From Prochlorococcus sp. AG-347-K19 (GTDB taxonomy: Bacteria; Cyanobacteriota; Cyanobacteriia; PCC-6307; Cyanobiaceae): a stretch of 64,000 nucleotides of DNA. Every line of letters starts with the position of its first letter. The stretch's first letter is position 1. Under the pieces are notes generated by a model. It ran no database searches, was not told the DNA's origin, and was given only the letters and a program-made list of their open reading frames with translations. The stretch spans positions 3,804 through 67,803 of the forward strand of contig QCCG01000004.1 in assembly GCA_003281335.1 (NCBI GenBank), in the 5' to 3' direction. Shown piece by piece: positions 49,681 to 59,428 of this stretch. A program made the translations under genes and the position numbers.

Positions 49681-50391
49681 TTGCTGAAGTCTGGGAAAAA
49701 TCCCTCTAAGATTTTAGTTACCGAAAAATGGCTAAGAAAGAATCAAAATCTAAGCAAAAAATTTGATGAGTCATTAATAAATATTGTCTCAGAGGAAATC
49801 TTGGCATCTGCGATTTCAACAATTAATCCAGATGGGATAGCGGCTTTAGTAGAGATTTCAGCAATACCTAATTATCAATTTAATAGAAAAGATGATTTTG
49901 TTCTTGTTCTCGACAGAATTCAAGATCCTGGGAATATGGGTAATCTATTTAGAACCGCTTTAGCTGCGGGTGTAAATGCAATTTTTTTAGCTGGAGGTGC
50001 GCACCCATTAGGCCAAAAGGTATTAAGAGCATCTTCAGGTGCAGTTTTTCATCTGCCATTTTTAAGATTTGACGGTATTGAAGAAGAAATATTAAATTCT
50101 TTAGTTAAGTCTTTGTTTGAATTATCAAATATAGGATTTAAGATTTTATCTACTAGTAGCAATAATGATAGTTCAAAAAAACCTTCTAAACCCTACTGGG
50201 AAGTTGATTGGTCTAGACGTACAGCATTAATTTTGGGTAATGAAGGTCAAGGTATTCATAAAAAAATTCAAGAAGCTTTTAATGAAACAATTACAATTCC
50301 GCATAGCGAGATTGTAGAATCATTGAATGTGGCTTGTGTTGCAGTTCCGTTATTACTAGAACGAAAAAGAGTCGCATACACCTCTAAATAA
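49681..50391 (+). CDS. TrmH/SpoU-family RNA 2'-O-methyltransferase; the true start is probably upstream (about 49570)
   Basis: SPOUT motifs LVLDRIQDPGNMGNLFRTA, LILGNEGQGI and IPHSEIVESLNVA. The TTG at 49681 cuts inside the SpoU substrate-binding domain (see finding). Confidence 0.8.
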   Translation: MLKSGKNPSKILVTEKWLRKNQNLSKKFDESLINIVSEEILASAISTINPDGIAALVEISAIPNYQFNRKDDFVLVLDRIQDPGNMGNLFRTALAAGVNAIFLAGGAHPLGQKVLRASSGAVFHLPFLRFDGIEEEILNSLVKSLFELSNIGFKILSTSSNNDSSKKPSKPYWEVDWSRRTALILGNEGQGIHKKIQEAFNETITIPHSEIVESLNVACVAVPLLLERKRVAYTSK

Positions 50392-50402
50392 ATAAATAAA
50401 AA

Positions 50403-51842
50403 GTGACTGATTCAAGTTTTGATTTTGATTTAATCGTAATAGGAGCAGGATATGGAGGTTTTGATGCCGCTAAGCATGCTGCTGGTAAGGGACTGAAAGT
50501 TGCAATTGTTGAATCTTCTAATATGGGAGGTACTTGTGTAAATAAGGGTTGTGTCCCATCTAAAGCTCTTTTGGCTGCAAGTGGAAAAGTCAGAGAAATA
50601 GCTGATTATGAACATCTAGCTAAATTTGGTATACATGCTTCACCAGTAAGATTCGAGAGATCAAAAATTGCAGATCATGCGAATAATTTAGTTTTAAATG
50701 TTAGAGAAAATTTAACAAAAACCCTTAAAAGAAGTGGAGTTGAAATTATTTTGGGCATTGGCAGAATTGAAGGAAATCAAAAAGTAGGTGTAAGAGATAA
50801 AAACGGAATTGATAAAATTTTCACATGTAAGAATATTGTAATAGCAACAGGTTCTTCTCCTTTTGTGCCCCGTGGAATAACTGTGGATAATAGGACTGTA
50901 TTTACTAGTGATGATGCGGTTAAACTTGAGTGGCTTCCAAGATGGATAGCAATTATTGGAAGCGGATATATAGGTCTAGAATTTGCTGATGTTTATACCG
51001 CGCTTGGTTGTGAAGTTACCATGATCGAGGCTTTGGAGAATATTATGCCAACATTTGATCCAGACATCACAAAAATTGCTAAAAAGAGTCTTATTCAAGC
51101 AAGAGATATAGACACAAAATCAAATGTCTTTGCGACAAAAATAACACCAGGATGTCCTGTAAAAATAGATTTGACTGATGCAAAATCTAAGGAAGTTGTA
51201 GAAACTTTAGAAGTTGACGCTGTACTAGTCGCAACTGGCAGAAGTCCTAATAGTAATAACTTAAATCTTGAGTCGGTTGGTATCGAAACAGTAAAAGGTT
51301 TCATTCCTGTAGATGATCAAATGAGAGTAAAGAATGGTGATGAAATAATTCCTAATATTTGGGCAGTTGGAGATGTAACAGGAAAACTCATGCTTGCCCA
51401 TACAGCTGCAGCTCAGGGTACTATTGCTGTTGATAATATTTGCGGAGGTAATGTCGAAATTAATTATAAAAGTATCCCTGCAGCAACCTTTACTCATCCT
51501 GAGATAAGTTCAGTTGGTCTTTCTGAAGCTGAAGCTAAAGAGATATCTGCAAAAGAAAACTTTACTTTGGGAGTGGTCAAAAGCTTCTTTAAAGCTAATT
51601 CAAAAGCATTGGCTGAATTGGAGAGTGATGGACTTCTGAAGTTGATTTTCAATAAAGATAATGGGAAAGTATTAGGTGCTCATATTTTTGGGTTACATGC
51701 AGCTGATTTGATTCAAGAAATTTCGAACGCTATTTCAAGGAACCAAGATGTAATTGAATTATCTAAAGAAGTTCATACTCATCCCACTCTTAGTGAAGTG
51801 GTTGAGGTCGCATATAAACAAGCGGCTTCTCAAATAAAATAA
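50403..51842 (+). CDS. lpdA: Dihydrolipoyl dehydrogenase (E3)
   Basis: FDLIVIGAGYGG, redox-active GGTCVNKGCVPSK and C-terminal HTHPTLSE. GTG start. Confidence 0.93.
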   Translation: MTDSSFDFDLIVIGAGYGGFDAAKHAAGKGLKVAIVESSNMGGTCVNKGCVPSKALLAASGKVREIADYEHLAKFGIHASPVRFERSKIADHANNLVLNVRENLTKTLKRSGVEIILGIGRIEGNQKVGVRDKNGIDKIFTCKNIVIATGSSPFVPRGITVDNRTVFTSDDAVKLEWLPRWIAIIGSGYIGLEFADVYTALGCEVTMIEALENIMPTFDPDITKIAKKSLIQARDIDTKSNVFATKITPGCPVKIDLTDAKSKEVVETLEVDAVLVATGRSPNSNNLNLESVGIETVKGFIPVDDQMRVKNGDEIIPNIWAVGDVTGKLMLAHTAAAQGTIAVDNICGGNVEINYKSIPAATFTHPEISSVGLSEAEAKEISAKENFTLGVVKSFFKANSKALAELESDGLLKLIFNKDNGKVLGAHIFGLHAADLIQEISNAISRNQDVIELSKEVHTHPTLSEVVEVAYKQAASQIK

Positions 51843-51854
51843 TATCTAAAATTA

Positions 51855-52742
51855 ATGGAGATAAGACGCAGGCCACCAAATCCAACAGTAAGGGTAGAAA
51901 ATTTAGAATATGCTGTACCTCATAGAGAAGCGCAAGCAAAAAATATTCTAGAAGAAATTGTATGGCACAAGGATATTGAAATTAAGAATTTTAAAAAAGT
52001 AGTCTCTTTAGAAGATCTCATCAATAAGATTGAAAAACTTCCTACTCCCAAAAATTTTTATAAAAATATTTTGGAGTCAAAGATAAAACCAGGAGTTATT
52101 GCTGAAATAAAAAAAGCTAGTCCGAGTAAAGGAGTTATTAGAAAAGATTTTAACCCTGAAAACATAGCAATTTGTTATCAAAGATTAGGTGCATCATGTA
52201 TCTCAGTACTTACCGATAAAAGGTTTTTTCAAGGTAGTTATGAAATACTCGAAACTGTAAGGAGATCAACTAATCTTCCTCTACTCTGCAAAGATTTTAT
52301 TATTTCTGCTTATCAGATTTATAAAGCAAGGGTATCTGGTGCAGATGCAATACTATTAATCGCTGCGATTTTAAGTGATGACGATTTAATTTATTTAAAG
52401 AAAATAGCTGATAATTTAAAGATGAGTGTTCTTGTTGAAGTCCATAACTCTAATGAATTAGAAAGGATTCTAAATTTAAAATCTTTTAATTTGATTGGCA
52501 TAAATAATAGGGACTTAAAGACTTTTAAAACGGATTTAAAAACATCAATAGAATTGATGCATACATATTCAGATATATTTTTAAAACAAAATATTATTCC
52601 AATAAGTGAATCTGGAATTAATTGTGCCGAAGATTTAGAATCGCTTAGATCTATTGGAATCAAGGGAGTATTAATTGGCGAAACTTTTATGAGAGAAACT
52701 GATATTGAACAATCATTCAAGAAATTATTTAACTCAATTTAA
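51855..52742 (+). CDS. trpC: Indole-3-glycerol phosphate synthase
   Basis: [13 protein letters not shown]...ISVLTD...FQGS...LVEVHN...IGINNRDL are TrpC motifs. Confidence 0.95.
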   Translation: MEIRRRPPNPTVRVENLEYAVPHREAQAKNILEEIVWHKDIEIKNFKKVVSLEDLINKIEKLPTPKNFYKNILESKIKPGVIAEIKKASPSKGVIRKDFNPENIAICYQRLGASCISVLTDKRFFQGSYEILETVRRSTNLPLLCKDFIISAYQIYKARVSGADAILLIAAILSDDDLIYLKKIADNLKMSVLVEVHNSNELERILNLKSFNLIGINNRDLKTFKTDLKTSIELMHTYSDIFLKQNIIPISESGINCAEDLESLRSIGIKGVLIGETFMRETDIEQSFKKLFNSI

Positions 52743-52797
52743 TATTGACTTCAAATCGTGCTATAAAATTGAATAAACAGAGTTGTTCTGAATATAT

Positions 52798-53469
52798 ATG
52801 CAGGCTGTAATTTTAACAGGTATAGTTGCAGGATTTGTGCATGTAGTTAGTGGCGCTGATCATCTAATTGCAATGGCACCAGCGGCGATTAATAATCCCC
52901 AAAAAGCTCTTAAAAATAGTTTCTCATGGGGCTTAGGACATTCTTCAGGTATCCTCTTGTTAGCTTTTCTAGCGATTTTTATTAAGGATATTACGCCAAT
53001 AAACAAATTTTCTAATATTGCCGAATTCCTAGTTGGAATTTCTCTTCTAATTGTTGGAGTATTTGCTATAAAAAATTCTTTTCAATTAAGGATCCACTCT
53101 CATTCCCATAAGCATGAGAACGGAATTGCCCATCGTCACTTTCACTTTCATGTTAAGGAACAAGAAAATAATATAAAGCACTCACATGCTTTGACTGGTT
53201 TAGGCTTGCTACACGGTATAGCTGGAGGTTCACATTTTCTTGCAGTTCTTCCTGCTTTAGCATTACCTTTAATAAGCGCTTGCTTATATTTGATTTCATA
53301 TTTGATTGGTTCACTAATAAGTATGAATGTTTTCACTTGTTTAATATCTTTTACCACCTTTAAAGCAAGTCAAAAATTTATTAAAAGATTAATAGCTGTA
53401 GCAGGAGGGCTTTCTTTTTCTTTGGGATTATTTTGGATCCAAAGAAGTGCTTCTGTTTTTTTGAATTAA
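52798..53469 (+). CDS. Membrane protein with His-rich loop, putative Ni transporter associated with Ni-SOD (sodT-like)
   Basis: Six predicted TM helices and a central loop HSHSHKHENGIAHRHFHFHVKEQENNIKHSH. It lies adjacent to sodX/sodN. The name is from memory of the marine picocyanobacterial literature. Confidence 0.65.
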   Translation: MQAVILTGIVAGFVHVVSGADHLIAMAPAAINNPQKALKNSFSWGLGHSSGILLLAFLAIFIKDITPINKFSNIAEFLVGISLLIVGVFAIKNSFQLRIHSHSHKHENGIAHRHFHFHVKEQENNIKHSHALTGLGLLHGIAGGSHFLAVLPALALPLISACLYLISYLIGSLISMNVFTCLISFTTFKASQKFIKRLIAVAGGLSFSLGLFWIQRSASVFLN

Positions 53470-53745
53470 AAAATTTTTTAATTTAGGAATAATTAATTTA
53501 GAGGTGACAATTCCAATTATTTTTTCGTTATTGATTAATCCAAATTTATTACTATCTTCGCTGAATTCAATATTGTCGCCAATAACTTCAATATTATTTT
53601 GATTTACTGAATTTATCCTTTTTACTAGGTTTTTATTTTTAAGTGGATGATTAAAAATAACTATTTGTCGGTTCTTAAGTATTGTTTTATTTTTTTTATA
53701 TTTTTTAAAAAATACAATGTCTCCTTGCTTTAGGTAAGGTAACAT
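53428..53745 (-). CDS. sodX: Ni-SOD maturation peptidase SodX (S26 signal-peptidase family); the true start is probably upstream (about 53823)
   Basis: Contains VKRI...GDNIEFSEDSNKFG (S26 Lys and box-E-like motifs). The catalytic-Ser motif ISGESMLP straddles the first ATG (53745), with the Ser just upstream of it (see finding). Confidence 0.75.
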   Translation of the reverse strand: MLPYLKQGDIVFFKKYKKNKTILKNRQIVIFNHPLKNKNLVKRINSVNQNNIEVIGDNIEFSEDSNKFGLINNEKIIGIVTSKLIIPKLKNFLIQKNRSTSLDPK

Positions 53746-53828
53746 CGATTCACCACTAATTATGGCAGTTTTTCTTAAACCTAAAAAGAATAAAATAAAA
53801 TCAAGAGAACTTTTGAAAATAATTCTGG

Positions 53829-54302
53829 TTAACTAGCTTTTACAAAAGCGTCTGATCTTCCTTTTGAAGCCCAGAAAATGCTATGAATCTTTTCTACATA
53901 ACTCATAAGTTCTTCAGCTTGAGCTAGGTCAATATTAACTTTGCATGCACTGCATAATTTGGCCGCCTTCCAAATGGTTTCGTGTAAGTCTGGATAAGTT
54001 TCTAAGTGAACTGGTTTAAAGTAATCTGTCCACAAAATTAGAATCTCTTTCTTTGTTTCTTTTGCTTGCTCTTCTTTAACTGCAACATATCTAGAAAATG
54101 TATTACTGTATGCAGCCCACTCTGTTGAATCAGTGCTAGAAGGAGCTTCTAATGCAATAAGTTTTTTTGTCATTGATAAAACTGCTTCGGCTGCAACTCT
54201 TGTAGATGCTGGGTCGTAAACACCACAAGGACCATCGCAGTGAGCGTGGACTGTCATTGGGGATTTTTTATCTAGAAAAGAATTGATGAATTTACTTAAC
54301 AT
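53829..54302 (-). CDS. sodN: Nickel superoxide dismutase precursor
   Basis: Ni-hook HCDGPCGVYDP preceded by the 20-aa propeptide MLSKFINSFLDKKSPMTVHA. Confidence 0.96.
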   Translation of the reverse strand: MLSKFINSFLDKKSPMTVHAHCDGPCGVYDPASTRVAAEAVLSMTKKLIALEAPSSTDSTEWAAYSNTFSRYVAVKEEQAKETKKEILILWTDYFKPVHLETYPDLHETIWKAAKLCSACKVNIDLAQAEELMSYVEKIHSIFWASKGRSDAFVKAS

Positions 54303-54380
54303 TTCAAATATTTGGTGTTGTATATATATTACTTGGAGATTAACTAAATTGAAAAGTCTTAGATATTTTTCTTACTTAAT

Positions 54381-54953
54381 TTAATTGACTTTTAATAATT
54401 CAACTTCAAATATTAAAGTCGCGTTAGCAGGTATTACATTTCCAGCTCCTCTTGATCCGTATCCAAGTTCCGGGGGTATTGTCAATTTTCTTTTGCCTCC
54501 AACTTTCATGCCTGCTACACCTTCGTCCCAACCTTTTATTACTCGTCCAGCACCCAAGGGAAAGCTGAATGGAGCTCTGCCGATACTGGTATCAAATTGT
54601 GTCCCGTCTTCTAGAGTTCCTGTGTAATTTACAGTAACTGTTTGCCCAGCACTAGCCTCATCTCCTTCCCCGTTTACGATATCTGCAATAATTAGACCAC
54701 TTTCTGTAGTCCTTGAATTGTTGTCTGATGGTGTTTCTTCTGCCATAGCGAAAAGTATAGGATTTGGATCTGAAGGGTCTAGTTCAAATAAATTATTATT
54801 TGAGACATTTGATGTTTTTGCAACAGGTGATCTTTGAACTGTTTGAGTTTCTGATTCAGCAGCATTAACAACTTGTGGTGAATTAAATTGACTGAAAAGA
54901 GTTAATGAAACACAAAAAACAAAAACTGCAAAACTAATAATGACTTCTTTCAC
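54381..54953 (-). CDS. FKBP-type peptidyl-prolyl cis-trans isomerase with signal peptide
   Basis: The FKBP core [18 protein letters not shown]...[12 protein letters not shown]...IPPELGYG follows a hydrophobic N-terminus. Confidence 0.9.
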   Translation of the reverse strand: MKEVIISFAVFVFCVSLTLFSQFNSPQVVNAAESETQTVQRSPVAKTSNVSNNNLFELDPSDPNPILFAMAEETPSDNNSRTTESGLIIADIVNGEGDEASAGQTVTVNYTGTLEDGTQFDTSIGRAPFSFPLGAGRVIKGWDEGVAGMKVGGKRKLTIPPELGYGSRGAGNVIPANATLIFEVELLKVN

Positions 54954-55039
54954 TTAAATTTTGAAAGTTACTAAAACTTAGTTTACAGAATGAAGGTACA
55001 ATAAATGGGTGATTATAAATTTAATTTCGTAATTTTAGA

Positions 55040-56527
55040 TTGTTAATCCCAACTCAAATTAAAAGTCTAAGACAATATTTTTACCCTTGTTTAGGAGGGA
55101 TTTTAGGAGGAATTTCAGTTTCAACTCATTTTTGGCTGATTTTTATGCCGCTATCATTATTTATTTTATGGAAGGGAAGTGAAAGGAGAATAGCAAATTT
55201 TTATTGGGGTTTTTTCTTTATCTTGATAAGTCATTCTTGGCTTTATGATCTTCATCCATTGACATGGCTTGGGTTTTCATGGCTTGCCAGTTTAATTATT
55301 GCCATTTTAATTTTATTATTTTGCGCTTTTTTGGGTGGGATATTAGTTTATTTATGGGGATTGTTAGTTGAAATTATTCTCTGGAAAGAGGATGTTTTCA
55401 AAATGAAAATATTATCTTTAACAGTAAAAGTATTTTTTTTATCTTTGACTTGGGGTGTTGGTGAATTGATACTTTCTCAAACACCTTTTTTTTGGATAGG
55501 TTTAGGAGAGAGTCTTGTCCCAGGTGATATTTATCTTGCTGGTTTAGCAAGATGGATTGGGGCAAGTGGTTTATGCGTATTACAAGTATTGATTGGATTT
55601 TGGATTTTTTATATTCAAGGTAGATGGGAAAGACAACTTTACTTTAAAAAAATATTTCTTTTAGGACTTTTGGTTTTGATTTTCTTACATTTATTTGGAG
55701 GTTTAACAACTCCAATAAAAAGAAATTATGAATATCCAGTAGCTATTTGGCAAACTAATATACCAACTAGAGAAAAATTAAAAATAAATGATGAATTTAT
55801 TGAAGAAAAGCTATCTATCGCTCAAAAATATGCTTTATCAAACAAAGCAAAACTTTTTGTTGCTCCTGAAGGAACTCTATCTAATAATTTTTATTTTTCT
55901 AAAGGCATTAAAGTTAATACCTTGTCAGGAGGTTTCAGAAATTCAAATAATGAGTTAAGAAGTTCTTTACTCGGATTTCAAATTGGAGATAAATCTTTTA
56001 CCACATTTATAGATAAAAATAGACTTGTTCCAATAGGTGAAAAAATACCTAGATTTCTTGATGGTTTTTCAAGAGGATTATCTGCAGTAGGAGGAATTCA
56101 ACCAGGCTCTGATTCAAGATATTTTGATCCTAAATTTACACCCCCACTAGCAGTAGCTATATGTTACGAAATTAGTGATGGACTAGAAATAAGAAAGGCT
56201 ATTAATAGCGGTGCAAAACTAATAATAACTTCAGCAAATTTAGATCCATATCCAGCTAAGCTTTATAATCAATTCCTATCTTTGGCTAGATTAAGAAGTA
56301 TTGAAAATAAGAAAAATAATTTACTAGTATCAAATACCGGCCCTTCGGGCTTAGTTCAAGATGATGGAAAAATAATTCAACTTCTAGATTTAAAAGTGGA
56401 GCAAAATAAAATAGTTTTCCCTAATTTTTCATCTGAAAAGACCTTCTATACAAAATTTGGAGATAAACCTATTTTGTTTTTGTTTATATTTTTTATGGGA
56501 TTAAATTTCTTTTGGGAAATTAACTAA
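55040..56527 (+). CDS. lnt: Apolipoprotein N-acyltransferase
   Basis: Multi-TM N-domain plus a CN-hydrolase domain (LFVAPEG..., AVAICYEI). TTG start. Confidence 0.85.
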   Translation: MLIPTQIKSLRQYFYPCLGGILGGISVSTHFWLIFMPLSLFILWKGSERRIANFYWGFFFILISHSWLYDLHPLTWLGFSWLASLIIAILILLFCAFLGGILVYLWGLLVEIILWKEDVFKMKILSLTVKVFFLSLTWGVGELILSQTPFFWIGLGESLVPGDIYLAGLARWIGASGLCVLQVLIGFWIFYIQGRWERQLYFKKIFLLGLLVLIFLHLFGGLTTPIKRNYEYPVAIWQTNIPTREKLKINDEFIEEKLSIAQKYALSNKAKLFVAPEGTLSNNFYFSKGIKVNTLSGGFRNSNNELRSSLLGFQIGDKSFTTFIDKNRLVPIGEKIPRFLDGFSRGLSAVGGIQPGSDSRYFDPKFTPPLAVAICYEISDGLEIRKAINSGAKLIITSANLDPYPAKLYNQFLSLARLRSIENKKNNLLVSNTGPSGLVQDDGKIIQLLDLKVEQNKIVFPNFSSEKTFYTKFGDKPILFLFIFFMGLNFFWEIN

Positions 56528-57677
56528 TTAATCCACCACCTAATAAAATTTCTCCTTTATAAAAAACTGCAGCTTGTCCGGGCGTTACCGAACTTTGACT
56601 TTCTTCAAAAATTAATTTAAATGTTGTAGTTGTATTTTCTAAATTTTTCATAGGTATTAATGTACCTTTTACTGGATTACTTCTATATCTGATTTGTGCT
56701 TCTACTTCTATCTCTTGCTCAGGTTCTTCGATTGAAACCCAATTAACCTTAATAATTATTGCTTCTTTATTAAATAAATCACTTTTATCTGCTACATAAA
56801 CTATGTTTTTTGCCCTGTCTAAACTTTTTACATATAGTGGTTCCGGCCAAGCAATGCCCAACCCTTTTCTCTGACCTACCGTAAAGTGCTGAATTCCATT
56901 GTGCGTCCCAATGACTTTCCCATTTACATGAACAATTTCTCCTTCTTTGGGTTCTATGTATTTGTCGATAAATATCTGCATTGATCCATAATGTTCAACT
57001 AAACATAAATCTTGACTTTCTGGTTTTTGAGCAGTTCTAAGGCCTAATCTGAGGGCTTCACTTCTTGTTTCTTCTTTTTTCATTTCACCAAGAGGAAATT
57101 CTAATCTACTTAGTACTTCCTGAGAAAGAGAATAAAGAAAATAACTTTGGTCTTTGTTTTCGTCAGCACCTCTGAGAAGCAGGAAGTCCTTAAATACAAA
57201 GCTCTTGCAATCAAATGTTTCAGCATAAGATGATTTTTTTATCCTTGCGTAATGTCCGGTTGCAATATAAGTAAAGTCTTTTTTGTTTATTGCGTAATTA
57301 AGCATCTCTTCAAACTTCACATTCTTGTTGCACATCGAACATGGAAGTGGAGTGAATCCTTTCTCATAGCTTTCAGTAGTTTTTTTAATTACCTCTCTTT
57401 CGAAAATTTCTCTTGAATCGATTATTTTATGATTAATTCCCAAATCTTCACAAAGGCCAGCAGCATCTACTAATCCTTCAGAACAACAAGAGCCTTGTCC
57501 TTTCATTAGCCAAAGAGTTAGCCCCTCAACATTCCAGCCTCTTTCTACAAGAAGAGCAGCTGAAAGGGAACTATCTACGCCACCAGAAAGACCTACAATA
57601 ATATTTTTCTTCTTTTTAGTTTTATTATTAGAAGAAAAAAAGTTCTCTAATTTTTTATCCTTTTGTGTCTTTAACAT
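56520..57677 (-). CDS. mnmA: tRNA-specific 2-thiouridylase
   Basis: PP-loop [10 protein letters not shown], catalytic Cys context (LPCSMCN) and the ATGHYAR motif. Confidence 0.95.
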   Translation of the reverse strand: MLKTQKDKKLENFFSSNNKTKKKKNIIVGLSGGVDSSLSAALLVERGWNVEGLTLWLMKGQGSCCSEGLVDAAGLCEDLGINHKIIDSREIFEREVIKKTTESYEKGFTPLPCSMCNKNVKFEEMLNYAINKKDFTYIATGHYARIKKSSYAETFDCKSFVFKDFLLLRGADENKDQSYFLYSLSQEVLSRLEFPLGEMKKEETRSEALRLGLRTAQKPESQDLCLVEHYGSMQIFIDKYIEPKEGEIVHVNGKVIGTHNGIQHFTVGQRKGLGIAWPEPLYVKSLDRAKNIVYVADKSDLFNKEAIIIKVNWVSIEEPEQEIEVEAQIRYRSNPVKGTLIPMKNLENTTTTFKLIFEESQSSVTPGQAAVFYKGEILLGGGLIS

Positions 57678-57723
57678 AGAAGTTTAAATTTTTAAACTGT
57701 TCTTCAATTGCTTTCTACTCATT

Positions 57724-59289
57724 ATGAACGAAATTGTATGGCCAACAATTGACTCTGAACATTTAATTGTTGATTCAAAGCAAATGTTGATATTAGAGAA
57801 AGAAATGTTTTCTGATGGAATGCCACAAGAAGCATTGATGGAAAAAGCTGGTATCCAAATTAGTAGATGGCTCTTAAAAAAGAAACCTATTCTCAAGCAT
57901 GGAATAACTGTTTTTATAGGTCCTGGGCATAATGGTGGGGATGGTGCAGTAATAGCTAGAGAGCTTTTTTTGAAAGGTTTTTATGTTCAGGTATGGTGTC
58001 CATTCCCAATAAAAAAAACATTAACAAATAACCACCTTAATTATCTTACATCTATTGGTGTCAAAAAATTAGTAGAGCCTCCCGATACGAATGGGAAAGA
58101 GCTTTGGATTGATGCAGTTTTTGGTAATAATCAAACAAGAAAAGTTGATTATAAATTAATTAAACTGTTTAATCAAAAATTTCATAAAAAATATGGAAAG
58201 GTAATAAGTATTGATATTCCAACAGGATTATGTCCTGATACAGGAGAGCCTTTTTTAGATAACGCAGTAAAGGCAGACTATACCTTAGCCATTGGTCTTT
58301 ATAAGATTGGGTTGACCCAAGATTCTGCTTTGCCTTTTATTGGAGAATTGCACCATATAGATGTTGGGATTCCTACTAGTAAACTGTCCAAAGTTGATAA
58401 AAAGATTTTTAAGGCTACTTACAAAGACATAAAAAAAATTGATTTACCTTCTCTACCAAAAAATTCTCATAAATATCAAAGAGGTAGAACATTAATAATA
58501 GCCGGAAGTGAAAAATATCCTGGTGCTGCATACTTAGCATTAAAAGGGGCCATATCAAGTGGAGCAGGCTTTATCTCTGCGGTCCTTCCTGGGACAGTTG
58601 CTGAATCTATTTGGCAAGTTGCCCCAGAAATAGTTTTAAAAGAAACTATGCAATCTAACCAAAATGGAAATGCATCTTTATTTAGTGCATTGAAGAATAT
58701 TGATTTAAGTGCGTTTGATTCATTAGCTGTCGGTCCAGGAATAGGAATTGATAATGATGATTGGCAAAAATCAAAAGATTATCTTATGGCTTTTGGAGGA
58801 TTATTGATCTTGGATGCAGATGCACTTAATAGAATTTCGGAATCTAAGTTGGGGTCAAATTTCTTTTTAGAGAGAAAGTTTAAGACATGGATTACACCAC
58901 ATACCAAAGAATTTGGAAGATTATTTCCTAATATCAAATCTAACACCAATGTTGGGCTTGCTCGTGATGCGGCAAAAGAATTCAATATCAGTATTTTGTT
59001 AAAAGGAGCTAACAGTATAGTTGCTGATAATAAAAAAATATGGCAACTTTCTGGAACTGATTCACAGACAGCTCGAGCTGGATTGGGTGATCTTTTATCT
59101 GGTTTTGTAGCTGGTAGTTCTGCGATTGATTTAACATTGTGTAGAAATATATCAACAGATTTTTTTGCTAAATATGTACTTTTGCATTCATTTGCTGCAT
59201 CGAAGTGCAAAAGTGGGTCAAATGCTTCTGCTATTGGGGATGAACTGACAAAATTAATGAGAAATATAAAAACGAGACAAATATCTTGA
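57724..59289 (+). CDS. nnr: Bifunctional NAD(P)H-hydrate repair enzyme (epimerase plus ADP-dependent dehydratase, YjeF)
   Basis: YjeF-N motif GPGHNGGDG and a YjeF-C carbohydrate-kinase domain (GPGIG, LDADAL, GLGDLLSG). Confidence 0.9.
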   Translation: MNEIVWPTIDSEHLIVDSKQMLILEKEMFSDGMPQEALMEKAGIQISRWLLKKKPILKHGITVFIGPGHNGGDGAVIARELFLKGFYVQVWCPFPIKKTLTNNHLNYLTSIGVKKLVEPPDTNGKELWIDAVFGNNQTRKVDYKLIKLFNQKFHKKYGKVISIDIPTGLCPDTGEPFLDNAVKADYTLAIGLYKIGLTQDSALPFIGELHHIDVGIPTSKLSKVDKKIFKATYKDIKKIDLPSLPKNSHKYQRGRTLIIAGSEKYPGAAYLALKGAISSGAGFISAVLPGTVAESIWQVAPEIVLKETMQSNQNGNASLFSALKNIDLSAFDSLAVGPGIGIDNDDWQKSKDYLMAFGGLLILDADALNRISESKLGSNFFLERKFKTWITPHTKEFGRLFPNIKSNTNVGLARDAAKEFNISILLKGANSIVADNKKIWQLSGTDSQTARAGLGDLLSGFVAGSSAIDLTLCRNISTDFFAKYVLLHSFAASKCKSGSNASAIGDELTKLMRNIKTRQIS

Positions 59290-59428
59290 AAGAAACAATT
59301 TAAGAGAGATATTTATAGTTTTAAACACATAAGTGTACAAATATTACTTGAAATCTGAAGCGCGCATTAAATATTTGGCCCTTTTCTTAAAAATATAGGA
59401 GAGTTTTAATACCTTATTAGGTCAAAAA

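Noticed and set aside
57684-57896. A 70-aa minus-strand ORF in the mnmA/nnr divergent region.
   Set aside because: It overlaps the 5' part of the well-supported nnr gene in antisense and has no motif or plausible start context.
59335-59347. An NtcA-like palindrome GTAcaaatatTAC upstream of the group-2 sigma factor gene.
   Set aside because: The spacing is GTA-N7-TAC, not the canonical GTA-N8-TAC. It is a single occurrence in AT-rich DNA, so chance is likely.
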